Source: Deferribacterales bacterium (lineage in GTDB: Bacteria > Chrysiogenota > Deferribacteres > Deferribacterales > Geovibrionaceae). From it: a stretch of 64,000 bases of DNA. The stretch spans positions 422,401-486,400 of the forward strand of contig JBFWMA010000002.1 in the NCBI GenBank assembly GCA_050251875.1. The letters run 5' to 3'. Of the stretch, positions 1 through 8,747 are shown in pieces. Positions within the stretch are counted from its first letter, which is position 1. The number at the start of each line of letters is the position of its first letter. The position numbers and the translations under genes are program-made. The notes below the pieces were generated by a model. The model was not told the origin of the DNA, did no database searches, and saw nothing but the letters and a program-made list of their open reading frames with translations.

Positions 1-162
1 TATACCCCGCAAGACAACGGATATATCAATCTGGCAAAAGAACCGGTGGTAATCAACAGCATAAACGAAACCATCGAACAGTTTGGCGGACAACCGGCCC
101 CACGGGCAAGAGCCAGAATGAAAAGAACCATAGAAGACGCCTACACCCCCAGAATAAGCTAG
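1..162 (+). CDS. 3' end of a CDS running in from upstream (hypothetical)
   Basis: Frame 1 is open from base 1 (YTPQDNGYINLAKEPVV...AYTPRIS) to TAG at 160-162, followed directly by the GGAGGA RBS of the next gene. Confidence 0.6.
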   Translation, partial: YTPQDNGYINLAKEPVVINSINETIEQFGGQPAPRARARMKRTIEDAYTPRIS

Positions 163-175
163 ACGGAGGACGCCA

Positions 176-877
176 ATGATAGGAATAAACCTGAATGGTG
201 AATATGTGACTTTTCCCGATCCCAGATATTTTACTCCTGAAACTCAGCGCAGGTTTGCGTGTGAAGCCGGAGAAGCAATATGTCACAGATTCAGTTATAA
301 CGGGATTGAGAAAGCGCTTTGTTTTAACATGACACACTTCGACAAGAATACTCTTCAAGCTCTTTTTTCAGCAGTAACAGACGATAACCCACCAGATGCA
401 GGTAATATCAATGAAGCCATGGACTTGTTGATGGATACAGATTGGTCGAACGTAATAATTCTGAACAATATACTCAATATTCTGAACAACTGTCAGTTCA
501 ACCTGAAAAAAGGAGACGCCTCATGGAACAGCTCTGTGGGCAACGCTTTTGATCCTTATGAATGGTTTTATCAGGAAAATGAAAGGATTTACTCAAAATA
601 TGACGAAACAAAGAGACCGCCTGTACCGTTATTGCCCCATGACGGGTTTTATCTGACAAATGAAAATGACGGCAGACTGCTGCATAAACTGCTGAACGGA
701 GTCCCGACATATCCTCAAGACAGCATCGGCATCTTCATGGCTGTGCGGACTGAAGATGAGTATAATTTTATCTACAGCTCATCAAACAAGATACCTTTTA
801 TCAATGAATCCGCCTCAGAACGTTTGTCCGCAAGTGTTTTTTATCTGTTCAACGGAGAATGGTTTGCATTCAATTAA
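176..877 (+). CDS. Hypothetical protein (233 aa)
   Basis: GGAGGA RBS at 165-170; long ORF in an operon context; no motif recognised. Confidence 0.75.
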   Translation: MIGINLNGEYVTFPDPRYFTPETQRRFACEAGEAICHRFSYNGIEKALCFNMTHFDKNTLQALFSAVTDDNPPDAGNINEAMDLLMDTDWSNVIILNNILNILNNCQFNLKKGDASWNSSVGNAFDPYEWFYQENERIYSKYDETKRPPVPLLPHDGFYLTNENDGRLLHKLLNGVPTYPQDSIGIFMAVRTEDEYNFIYSSSNKIPFINESASERLSASVFYLFNGEWFAFN

Positions 878-895
878 TAACAAGAGGAATACATT

Positions 896-1951
896 ATGAA
901 TTTTACTGACAAAAAGATTGGTCTCGCCCTTTCGGGCGGCGGGGTAAGAGCCATGGCATTTCACGCAGGTCTGCTGAAATATCTGGCGGAAAACAAACTG
1001 TTGGCGCAGGTGACAAATATCTCTTCTGTTTCCGGCGGCAGTCTCTTTACCGGGCTGGTGTTTCATTCCGCCGGCAACAAATGGCCGGGTGACACAGAAT
1101 ACATCAATATTGTCATGCCGAAGATAAAAAAGCTGATGACGACAGCCTCTCTGCAAAAATCCAGCATGTTGGACCTGCTGAAACCCTCTAACTGGAAAAA
1201 TATTCTGAACAGAGGAGAAGTTATCGCCCAGACGATAGAATCCCTTTGGGGGGTAAAATCCGTTCTGTCAGACCTGCCGGAAACACCCGTGTGGACTATC
1301 AACGGCACAACCGGAGAGAACGGACGCAGATTCCGTTTTAAAAAAGGCACAATGGGAGACTATAAAACCGGATACGCAGAGGCAAAAGATTTTAAAACAG
1401 CAAAAGCAATGGCTGTTTCAGCGGCTTTTCCCATAGGAATCGGACCCATAGAGATAGAAACAGGCAAGTATTCATGGGAAAAACAGACAGGATGGAACAC
1501 AGGGATAGTTGAAAAAGTAGTCCCGCCTTATAAAAAAATGCACATATATGACGGCGGGTTATACGACAACCTCGGTTCTGAGTCTTTTTATGACGTTGGA
1601 GAACAAAAAGTTAAATCAAGCGCAAAAAATCTCGATTTCATAATAATATCTGACGCCGGAACACCTTTTGATGATAAACCGCTTCCCGACCCGCTCTCTT
1701 TCGGCAGAGCAGGCAATCTGGTTAACATTCTCATGGATCAGGACAGGTCTCTTCGTGTCAGATCTTTCCAGAACTTTTTAAAAACTCACGAAAACGCCGG
1801 AATATATATGTCGCTGGGCGACAACGTACGCGACATGACAAAGGAAGAGATTAAAGTAGCTCAAAACTACCCCACTACACTGGAAAAAATGACTGAAAAG
1901 GATTTTGACATACTGGCTAAATACGGACATCAGGCAGCGTCTCTGAACTAA
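896..1951 (+). CDS. Patatin-like phospholipase
   Basis: LALSGGGVRA oxyanion loop, SSVSGGS nucleophile elbow, SAAFP and DGG catalytic motif; GAGGA RBS. Confidence 0.9.
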   Translation: MNFTDKKIGLALSGGGVRAMAFHAGLLKYLAENKLLAQVTNISSVSGGSLFTGLVFHSAGNKWPGDTEYINIVMPKIKKLMTTASLQKSSMLDLLKPSNWKNILNRGEVIAQTIESLWGVKSVLSDLPETPVWTINGTTGENGRRFRFKKGTMGDYKTGYAEAKDFKTAKAMAVSAAFPIGIGPIEIETGKYSWEKQTGWNTGIVEKVVPPYKKMHIYDGGLYDNLGSESFYDVGEQKVKSSAKNLDFIIISDAGTPFDDKPLPDPLSFGRAGNLVNILMDQDRSLRVRSFQNFLKTHENAGIYMSLGDNVRDMTKEEIKVAQNYPTTLEKMTEKDFDILAKYGHQAASLN

Positions 1952-1953
1952 AT

Positions 1954-1977
1954 CGGTGCGGGGCAAAACCCGCACCG
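1954..1977. terminator. Hairpin between convergent genes, probably a bidirectional terminator
   Basis: cggtgcggg-gcaaaa-cccgcaccg, perfect 9-bp stem. Confidence 0.7.
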
Positions 1978-1981
1978 CATA

Positions 1982-2746
1982 TTATCTATTAAAGACTATC
2001 AGCTCAAAGCGACCGTTGATTTTGAAAGAGATATTGCCGTCAGCGCTCTCGAATTTTCTGACAGCCTCAGCTATCTCAGAGTTATCCGCGTCCACGCCGT
2101 AAGCCTCCAGCTCGTCCAGACAATAGTCCACGGCGCCCTCCCGGCTCAGCGTTTTTATGCGCTCCTCGTCAAAAACTTTTGAGAAATATTCAATCCCCTT
2201 GCCGTCCAGCCACTGCTTCATGTTTCTGGAGTTGTCAAAGATCTTTGCCGTTGCCTTGTGCCTGCTGACGATATCGGCGAGCAGCTCAACATCCCTCCTG
2301 CCGCCCCATCCGAGATAAATCACGGACTCTCCGGCGCAGGAAAACACCCGTTCATAATCTTCAAATGTTCTGACGGCGGGTGTCATTGTCGCCATAACGA
2401 TATCCCACTTTCTGCCGTCAGCCACATATTCGTCCCACGGACACTCGACTATATCTATATTGCCGCAGCCCTCTTTCCGGGCATCATCAGCCAGAATCTT
2501 CAGCATCTCTCCGGAAATATCCAGAGCTGTGACGGATGAAGCCTCTTTCGCCGCGCGGATAGTATATTTTCCTGTGCCGCAGCCGATATCCAGCACGCTT
2601 CGCCCTGTGAAATCTATCCCCGCCTCTTTCATGGTTCTGAATATTTCCGCCTCAAGAACGTCCTCACGCCCGTCATATCTGCCGTATGTGGCGGATTTTC
2701 TCTTCCAGCGCTGTATCATAAAAGAATGTTTTTCGTTTTTCATCAT
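1982..2746 (-). CDS. Class I SAM-dependent methyltransferase
   Basis: VLDIGCGTG motif I, ALDIS motif II; GGAG RBS. Confidence 0.9.
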   Translation of the reverse strand: MMKNEKHSFMIQRWKRKSATYGRYDGREDVLEAEIFRTMKEAGIDFTGRSVLDIGCGTGKYTIRAAKEASSVTALDISGEMLKILADDARKEGCGNIDIVECPWDEYVADGRKWDIVMATMTPAVRTFEDYERVFSCAGESVIYLGWGGRRDVELLADIVSRHKATAKIFDNSRNMKQWLDGKGIEYFSKVFDEERIKTLSREGAVDYCLDELEAYGVDADNSEIAEAVRKFESADGNISFKINGRFELIVFNR

Positions 2747-2793
2747 TAACTCCGGACACAGTATAGCACATCAGCATGATATACCCAAAAGAG

Positions 2794-3108
2794 TTAATCG
2801 GCACCCGCTGTTTTTTCCAGCCGGACAGTGCATTTGCCGCATATTTTCAGAGAATAGACCACCTCCTGATCCGCTCTGTCTTTATTATCCGGATTAAGGT
2901 CATCCAGAGAAACATTCAGAATATCCGCTATCCGGCACAATGTAAAAAAATCCGGCAGACGGGCTCCGGTCAGATAATTGCTGAGTCTGGAAGGAGATAC
3001 CCCGAGGGAAAAGGCGAACCGCACCTGATTCATGCCGGACATGCTGATATGTTCCCGGATGAGCTGTCCCAGTCTCACAGCGTTTCTCTCATATCTTTTC
3101 TCTGCCAT
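2794..3108 (-). CDS. XRE-family HTH transcriptional regulator (Cro-like, about 104 aa)
   Basis: MNQVRFAFSLGVSPSRLSNYLTGARLP...IADILNVSLDDL HTH_3 pattern; GGAG RBS before ATG 3108. Confidence 0.85.
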   Translation of the reverse strand: MAEKRYERNAVRLGQLIREHISMSGMNQVRFAFSLGVSPSRLSNYLTGARLPDFFTLCRIADILNVSLDDLNPDNKDRADQEVVYSLKICGKCTVRLEKTAGAD

Positions 3109-3150
3109 AGCTAACTCCATTTTATATTTACTTAGTCATCATTACATGTA

Positions 3151-3206
3151 TAATAAAACATAACACATATTATTGCATATGCTATATTATGTCAATATGT
3201 TTATTA
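3151..3206. promoter_or_regulatory. Overlapping divergent sigma70 promoters with a central palindromic operator
   Basis: Minus strand TTGACA(3195-3190)-17-TAATAT(3172-3167); plus strand TTGCAT(3173-3178)-17-TATGTT(3196-3201); 28-bp near-perfect palindrome 3165-3192. Confidence 0.65.
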
Positions 3207-3218
3207 CATACGGTACAT

Positions 3219-3857
3219 ATGAACACAATAGCTGAACGTATGAAAGAGCTGAGAAAACTGCTCGATCTTTCGCAGACTGATTTTGGAAAAAAGATAGGAA
3301 AAAACTATCACTCGGTTATGAGGTGGGAGCTTGGAAAAGTTCTGCCGCCGGATAATGTCACAGACCACATCTGCGACACTTTTAATGTCAGCAAGCAATG
3401 GCTGGTGAACGGCACAGGCGATGTTTTCTCCGCCGGACAGGCTCAGGAGGCGCATGAACGCCCCCAGAACACATACGCCGCACAGTCATTCTCCAGAATA
3501 CCGCTCTTCAGACATATCCCGAAATTGTTTCCGGACTATTCCCCTGCGGACGTGGCGATGTATATATCCGTACCCTGCTCCTGCGCCGATGTCTTCGCCA
3601 TGAAGGCTCCGGCGTGCAGCGCCGCCCCCATCCTTCCGGACGACACGGTTCTTTTCACCCGCTTCACAGGCGAAACATGCCGTGACGGCGATATGTGCGT
3701 CATCCGGGATCAATACGGAGAGGTGTCCGTGCGCAGGTTTTCCGCAACCAATAACATAATGACTGTCAAAAAACCGGATTATCCCGACATTTTCGCTCCG
3801 GAATGTGCTATCATTGGTTTAGTGTGTGATATCTACAGGAAAATTTTTTTTAGCTAG
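3219..3857 (+). CDS. XRE HTH plus degenerate S24/LexA-like C-terminal domain (cI-like repressor)
   Basis: ERMKELRK..LSQTDFGKKIG..VMRWE.G, FNVSKQWLVNGTGD phage-repressor HTH; C-terminal DGDMCV..GEVSVRRF..PDYPDI..IIGLV S24 pattern. Confidence 0.8.
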   Translation: MNTIAERMKELRKLLDLSQTDFGKKIGKNYHSVMRWELGKVLPPDNVTDHICDTFNVSKQWLVNGTGDVFSAGQAQEAHERPQNTYAAQSFSRIPLFRHIPKLFPDYSPADVAMYISVPCSCADVFAMKAPACSAAPILPDDTVLFTRFTGETCRDGDMCVIRDQYGEVSVRRFSATNNIMTVKKPDYPDIFAPECAIIGLVCDIYRKIFFS

Positions 3858-3914
3858 TAGATAAATATTTATTTTGATGCTATATTTTTTATAGTATTCA
3901 CTGCGGAAATAGAC

Positions 3915-6900
3915 ATGAAAAAACTTTTTAATGGATTAAGATTCAGAATTCTGGCCGCTGTCATGATAGTCATGTTCTTTGCGGTGGCTATTTTAATTTT
4001 CAGCACATATGTAAAACTGAAAGACGACATAATCAAAAAAAATGAGGAGTCGCTCAAACTTTTCAGCATAATATTCGAGTCTGAAAAAGACCTCCTGATA
4101 AAGAAATATTCCATGTCGCTCGATGTCCTTCTGGAAAACCCGCAGGTGACCGAAGCCTTCGCCAGAAGAGACAGAAACGCCCTTGCCGATCTGGTTACCC
4201 CTATTTACAACACACGTCTTAAACACCTTTATAATATCGAGCAGTTCCAGTTTCATCTGCCGCCGGCAGTCAGCTTTTACAGGGCGCACATGCCGAACAA
4301 CTACGGTGATAATCTGGAAACATTCAGAAAAACAGTCATAAGGGCTAACGAAACCAAATCCACCGTATCCGGAATAGAGGTGGGCAGAGGCGGTCTGGGA
4401 CTTCGTGTGGTGAAACCCGTGTGGTACAATTTCGATTCCGTGGGAACTGTGGAGTTCGGCGGAAACATGGAAAGCATTCTGGAAACCACCCGGTCATGCA
4501 CAGGCATCAACTATGCCATCGGTGTTTTCAAATCAGTTCTGAAAAACGCCCGTTTTCTGGACGATCCTTCTAAATGGATGCAGTATAACGACATGTTCGT
4601 ATATGGTTTTTCCGAGGATATTGTTCGCAAACTCACTATCAGCGCGGATATCGAAAGCAGAGATATAATCCATGACAACGACAGATACTATATAGCCCGA
4701 AAACTGCCCCTTTACGATTTTTCATCCGAACAGATCGGATATCTGGTGGTGGTGAGAGACACCACAAAAGACGTTGTGGGCATGCGCACGGAGCTTCTGA
4801 GACAGAGCTCCATAATAGCCGCATACGGTTTTTTCGCCGTGATAATCATGTCTTCGTTCCTTATCCGTCTGATATTCAGACCTCTGGAGATGATAACCAA
4901 CCATCTCTCTGAAAATGAGATCACCCTGGACAAAGAACCCGCCGAGCTGGTTGTCAGCGACAACGCCGAGCTGTCTGTGCTCACCGGGGCTTATAACTCG
5001 CTTAATAAGAAGCTGTATCATAACCTTAAACAGATAGACGAGCAGATGAAGGAGATTCAGAACATTAACTCCACTCTGGAAGAGAATGTTAAGAAAAGAA
5101 CGCAGGAGCTGGAAACCACCAACGAAAAACTGGAAAAAGCTCTGGAAAACTATAAAAACATCAACGAGGCGAAGAGCGAGTTTCTGGCGGATATGAGCCA
5201 CGAAATCAGAACACCCATGAACGCCATCATAGGGCTGAGCTATCTCGCCATGCAGACCCAGCTGAACACCAAGCAGTACGGATATCTGAACAAGATACAC
5301 ACATCCGCCAACATGATGCTGGAGATCATAAACGATATTCTGGATTTCTCTAAAATAGAGGCGGGAAGACTGGAGCTGGAGAATGTTAACTTCAGCCTGT
5401 ATGACCTTCTGAAAAAGATTGAGGATATTCTGGAGGTTCAGGCGGAGAAAAAGAGAATCACATTCAATGTGGAGATAGCCGAAAACACGCCCAAGTTTGT
5501 TAAGGGCGATCCCCTGCGTCTGTCGCAGGTTCTGAACAATCTGGGGGCTAACGCCGTAAAATATACCGAATCAGGCGGCGTCACTGTCTCTGTGGAGGCT
5601 GTGGAGTCCAACATGGCATACACCACCCTCAAATTCACCGTAAAAGATACAGGAATAGGTATTCCAAAAGAAAAACTGAACCTGCTCTTCACTTCATATG
5701 GTCAGATATCGTCTAAAATGGCTCGAAAATACGGCGGTTCCGGTCTGGGGCTGAATATCACCAAGAAAATTCTGGACAAAATGGGCGGAACTATCTTTGT
5801 GGAGAGTGTCCCGGATAAAGGAAGCACATTCTGGTTCACCATAAAACTCAAAAATGTGGATATTACAAAAGTTGAGGATTTCTCTGAGAAAACAAAACTG
5901 CTCAACGGCAAACGTGTTCTGGTCGGCGAAAAATATTCCAACGAGCCGGGCAGTATCTCATCCATATTCCGTGAGTTCATGGCGAATGTAACGTCCGCCG
6001 ATAATCAGGTTTCCATGCTGAAAACGCTCAGCTCAAACATAGAAAAAGACCATGTGGATTTCGACCTGATCGTTGTGGAACATGTGATGAACGATGTCTG
6101 CATGCTGTCCGCTGTGGAGTCTCTGCGCCAGATAGCCGGAGAGATAAAGCTGCCCCCCGTTATATTCATATCAAACGAAGATACGCCGCCTATAGAAGGC
6201 ATAAATCTGATAAAGCTGATGAAACCGGCAGACCCCAGCACTCTGTTCAACGCCACCATAAACCTGATAACAGGCAGAGAATATGACGGTGAAACCAATA
6301 TATCCGTCAGCGCCGACACATCTAACGCCAGCATCCTGATCGTGGACGACAACAGCCTGAACAGAGAGGTCGCCGCTGATTTCATGGATATCCTCGGGCT
6401 GACCGCCGACTATGCTGAAAACGGTCTGGAAGCCGTGCGCATGGCAGAGAAGAACGTATATGACGTGATCTTCATGGATATCATGATGCCGCATCTGGAC
6501 GGATACGCCGCGTCTAAAATGATAAGACAGAGCGGGCTGAACACCGACACGCCGATATATGCCATGACAGCCAGCGTTATAGACGAAGACAACATGAAGC
6601 TGAAAAGCTCCATGATATCCGGCTCCATCAGCAAACCGTTCAAGCTGAATGAGATAACCAAAGCCATCACCGATTCTATGATGATAAAGAATATGGGCGC
6701 TGAAGCCCCTCTTCTGCACGATGTCTCCGGACATGTGGATTTTCAGACGGGAATATCAAACTTCGGCGGAAACATGCTGTTATACAAAAAAGCCGTAAAT
6801 GATTTCACTCATTTCTGCGGAGACACTGAAAATCTGATGGCAAACATGATACAGTCCGACCCGGAGAACATCAGGTCTTTCCTTCTTCAGATGCAGAGCT

Positions 6901-7058
6901 TCTCTGAAAATCTGGCTCTTCATCCGCTGGCGGACATTGCCGGAATCATCTACCGAAAGCTGTCCACAGGCTCTCCCGCAGATATCAGCAAAGAATATGT
7001 GACGCTGAAAGAGACACTGCAAAAGACTGTTGGTATTTTGAACAAAAACATTGTGTAG
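3915..7058 (+). CDS. Membrane hybrid sensor histidine kinase (Cache-like sensor, HisKA, HATPase, two REC domains, HPt-like tail)
   Basis: Two TM helices; FLADMSHEIRTPMNAI H-box; N box NNLGANAVKYT; DTGIG; GGSGLGL; REC IVDD..FMDIMMP..KP. Confidence 0.93.
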   Translation: MKKLFNGLRFRILAAVMIVMFFAVAILIFSTYVKLKDDIIKKNEESLKLFSIIFESEKDLLIKKYSMSLDVLLENPQVTEAFARRDRNALADLVTPIYNTRLKHLYNIEQFQFHLPPAVSFYRAHMPNNYGDNLETFRKTVIRANETKSTVSGIEVGRGGLGLRVVKPVWYNFDSVGTVEFGGNMESILETTRSCTGINYAIGVFKSVLKNARFLDDPSKWMQYNDMFVYGFSEDIVRKLTISADIESRDIIHDNDRYYIARKLPLYDFSSEQIGYLVVVRDTTKDVVGMRTELLRQSSIIAAYGFFAVIIMSSFLIRLIFRPLEMITNHLSENEITLDKEPAELVVSDNAELSVLTGAYNSLNKKLYHNLKQIDEQMKEIQNINSTLEENVKKRTQELETTNEKLEKALENYKNINEAKSEFLADMSHEIRTPMNAIIGLSYLAMQTQLNTKQYGYLNKIHTSANMMLEIINDILDFSKIEAGRLELENVNFSLYDLLKKIEDILEVQAEKKRITFNVEIAENTPKFVKGDPLRLSQVLNNLGANAVKYTESGGVTVSVEAVESNMAYTTLKFTVKDTGIGIPKEKLNLLFTSYGQISSKMARKYGGSGLGLNITKKILDKMGGTIFVESVPDKGSTFWFTIKLKNVDITKVEDFSEKTKLLNGKRVLVGEKYSNEPGSISSIFREFMANVTSADNQVSMLKTLSSNIEKDHVDFDLIVVEHVMNDVCMLSAVESLRQIAGEIKLPPVIFISNEDTPPIEGINLIKLMKPADPSTLFNATINLITGREYDGETNISVSADTSNASILIVDDNSLNREVAADFMDILGLTADYAENGLEAVRMAEKNVYDVIFMDIMMPHLDGYAASKMIRQSGLNTDTPIYAMTASVIDEDNMKLKSSMISGSISKPFKLNEITKAITDSMMIKNMGAEAPLLHDVSGHVDFQTGISNFGGNMLLYKKAVNDFTHFCGDTENLMANMIQSDPENIRSFLLQMQSFSENLALHPLADIAGIIYRKLSTGSPADISKEYVTLKETLQKTVGILNKNIV

Positions 7059-7121
7059 ATATTATGTTCTCTGGCATTTGATTTGCTTCTTCTTATGAAA
7101 GACCTTCATGAGGAGGAAAAA

Positions 7122-7346
7122 ATGATCACTAAAAATTTCTTTTCGGAATCAGAGGAAGAGAGAGTAAAACAGCTCGCCGGCATAGCCAATCTGCACATAT
7201 CCATTGCCAGGGAACTGATGGCCAGCGAACGCCCGCTGTCCAGAGAGGAGATGCAGAGCCTTCTGGAGCTGCTGATCACAGCCAACGAAGCGAAACAGCT
7301 TGCGTATAATCTGAAAAATATTCATGACATCAAAGATATCGCATAA
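7122..7346 (+). CDS. Small helical hypothetical protein (74 aa)
   Basis: GAGGAGG RBS before ATG 7122; followed by a terminator. Confidence 0.7.
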   Translation: MITKNFFSESEEERVKQLAGIANLHISIARELMASERPLSREEMQSLLELLITANEAKQLAYNLKNIHDIKDIA

Positions 7347-7353
7347 ACCATAG

Positions 7354-7396
7354 ACCCCGGTGAACAGAAGTCATTAAACGCCGGGGTTTGTTTTTT
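7354..7396 (+). terminator. Rho-independent terminator
   Basis: accccgg...ccggggt stem followed by T-rich tract. Confidence 0.65.
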
Positions 7397-7490
7397 CGCT
7401 GATTACGCCCGAAAAGCAATCTATCAGCTTGCTCTTTTTTAACATATGCTGTATAGATACCCAATTAAATTATTTTTTTGCGGGTATATT

Positions 7491-8723
7491 GTGAGCCAAG
7501 ATAACCTGATCCAGAGGATAATCAAAGAGAGCAACGTGATAACGGTCTTTCAGCCGGTAATCAGTCTGAAAGAGATGCGTATCGTTGGCTTCGAGGCTCT
7601 TTCACGGGGCATATGCTCAGACACGGGAAATATTATCCCTCCCATCGAGCTGTTCGAGATGGCACGGGAAGAGAACTGTGAGCTGGAGCTGGACAGACTC
7701 TGTAGAAAGACTGCCATGAGATCCTACAAAACCATTCCTGATTATGACAAATATCTTCTCTTTCTGAATCTGGACACCAGCGTTCTGGACAACGTGGATC
7801 TGGAGTCATCACGCTTTACAAAAGAGCTGACGGACGAGATGGGGCTGAAATATTCCTCCATTTCTCTCGAAATTGTCGAATCAAAGATAGAAAACAATCA
7901 AAACCTCATCCACTTCATAGATAACTACAAAAAACTGGGATATTATGTGTCTCTGGACGATTTCGGCGCCATGCACTCCAACATGGACAGAATCATCATG
8001 TCCAAGCCGGATATAATCAAAATAGATATGGATCTGGTCCGCAACATCCACAACAACTACTATCAGCAGTCCATCATAACCTCCATCATCGACATCGCCC
8101 AGAAGACAGGGGCGCTCACTCTGGCGGAGGGGCTGGAAAACATGGACGATATAATGAAAAGCTATGAGCTGGGGATCGACCTTTATCAGGGATTTTTCCT
8201 GCACAGACCCTGCGTGGATATAGCCGGCAGCCTCACCTTCATTCAGGATAAGATCAACTACACAGTGCAGTATGTGAAAAGCAAACTGAAAGAGAATGTC
8301 ACCAGAAAGAAAAACACCTATACCAATTTTGAGAATCTCACTTCCCTGCTGGTAAGGGAGTCTCTTAACAGAGATGTGGAATATTTCTATAAAGCTCTGT
8401 CGCAGAACATCTCTTTCTATCCGGAGATAGAGCGTATCTTCCTGCTGGGCAATGACGGGATGCAGATTCTGCCGTCCATTCTGAACCCGTCTCACAAGAC
8501 CATAAAGGTGAAATCTTTCAGCATGTTTCACGAAAGTCATTCAGATCATTCGTTAAAAGATTATTTTTATTACTTGAAGAAACTCAATACAAACCGTTAT
8601 TTCACAGACACTTTCATATCATCCACCACAGGGAATATTTTAAGAACTATGTCATGTGTGGTTGACATTCAGAATACACCATATATACTATGTATCGATT
8701 TTATTGATAAATTAGAGCGCTAA
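7491..8723 (+). CDS. EAL-domain c-di-GMP phosphodiesterase with C-terminal PAS-like (YkuI_C-like) domain, paralog 1
   Basis: FQP, GFEALSRG, LDDFGA, IKID, AEG, QGF motifs; start codon uncertain (GTG 7491 or ATG 7446). Confidence 0.88.
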   Translation: MSQDNLIQRIIKESNVITVFQPVISLKEMRIVGFEALSRGICSDTGNIIPPIELFEMAREENCELELDRLCRKTAMRSYKTIPDYDKYLLFLNLDTSVLDNVDLESSRFTKELTDEMGLKYSSISLEIVESKIENNQNLIHFIDNYKKLGYYVSLDDFGAMHSNMDRIIMSKPDIIKIDMDLVRNIHNNYYQQSIITSIIDIAQKTGALTLAEGLENMDDIMKSYELGIDLYQGFFLHRPCVDIAGSLTFIQDKINYTVQYVKSKLKENVTRKKNTYTNFENLTSLLVRESLNRDVEYFYKALSQNISFYPEIERIFLLGNDGMQILPSILNPSHKTIKVKSFSMFHESHSDHSLKDYFYYLKKLNTNRYFTDTFISSTTGNILRTMSCVVDIQNTPYILCIDFIDKLER

Positions 8724-8747
8724 ACACATTATTTTTTGGAGTTATTT

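Noticed and set aside
7390..7490. Possible c-di-GMP riboswitch before the EAL genes
   Set aside because: No GEMM consensus elements; only a weak 5-bp hairpin
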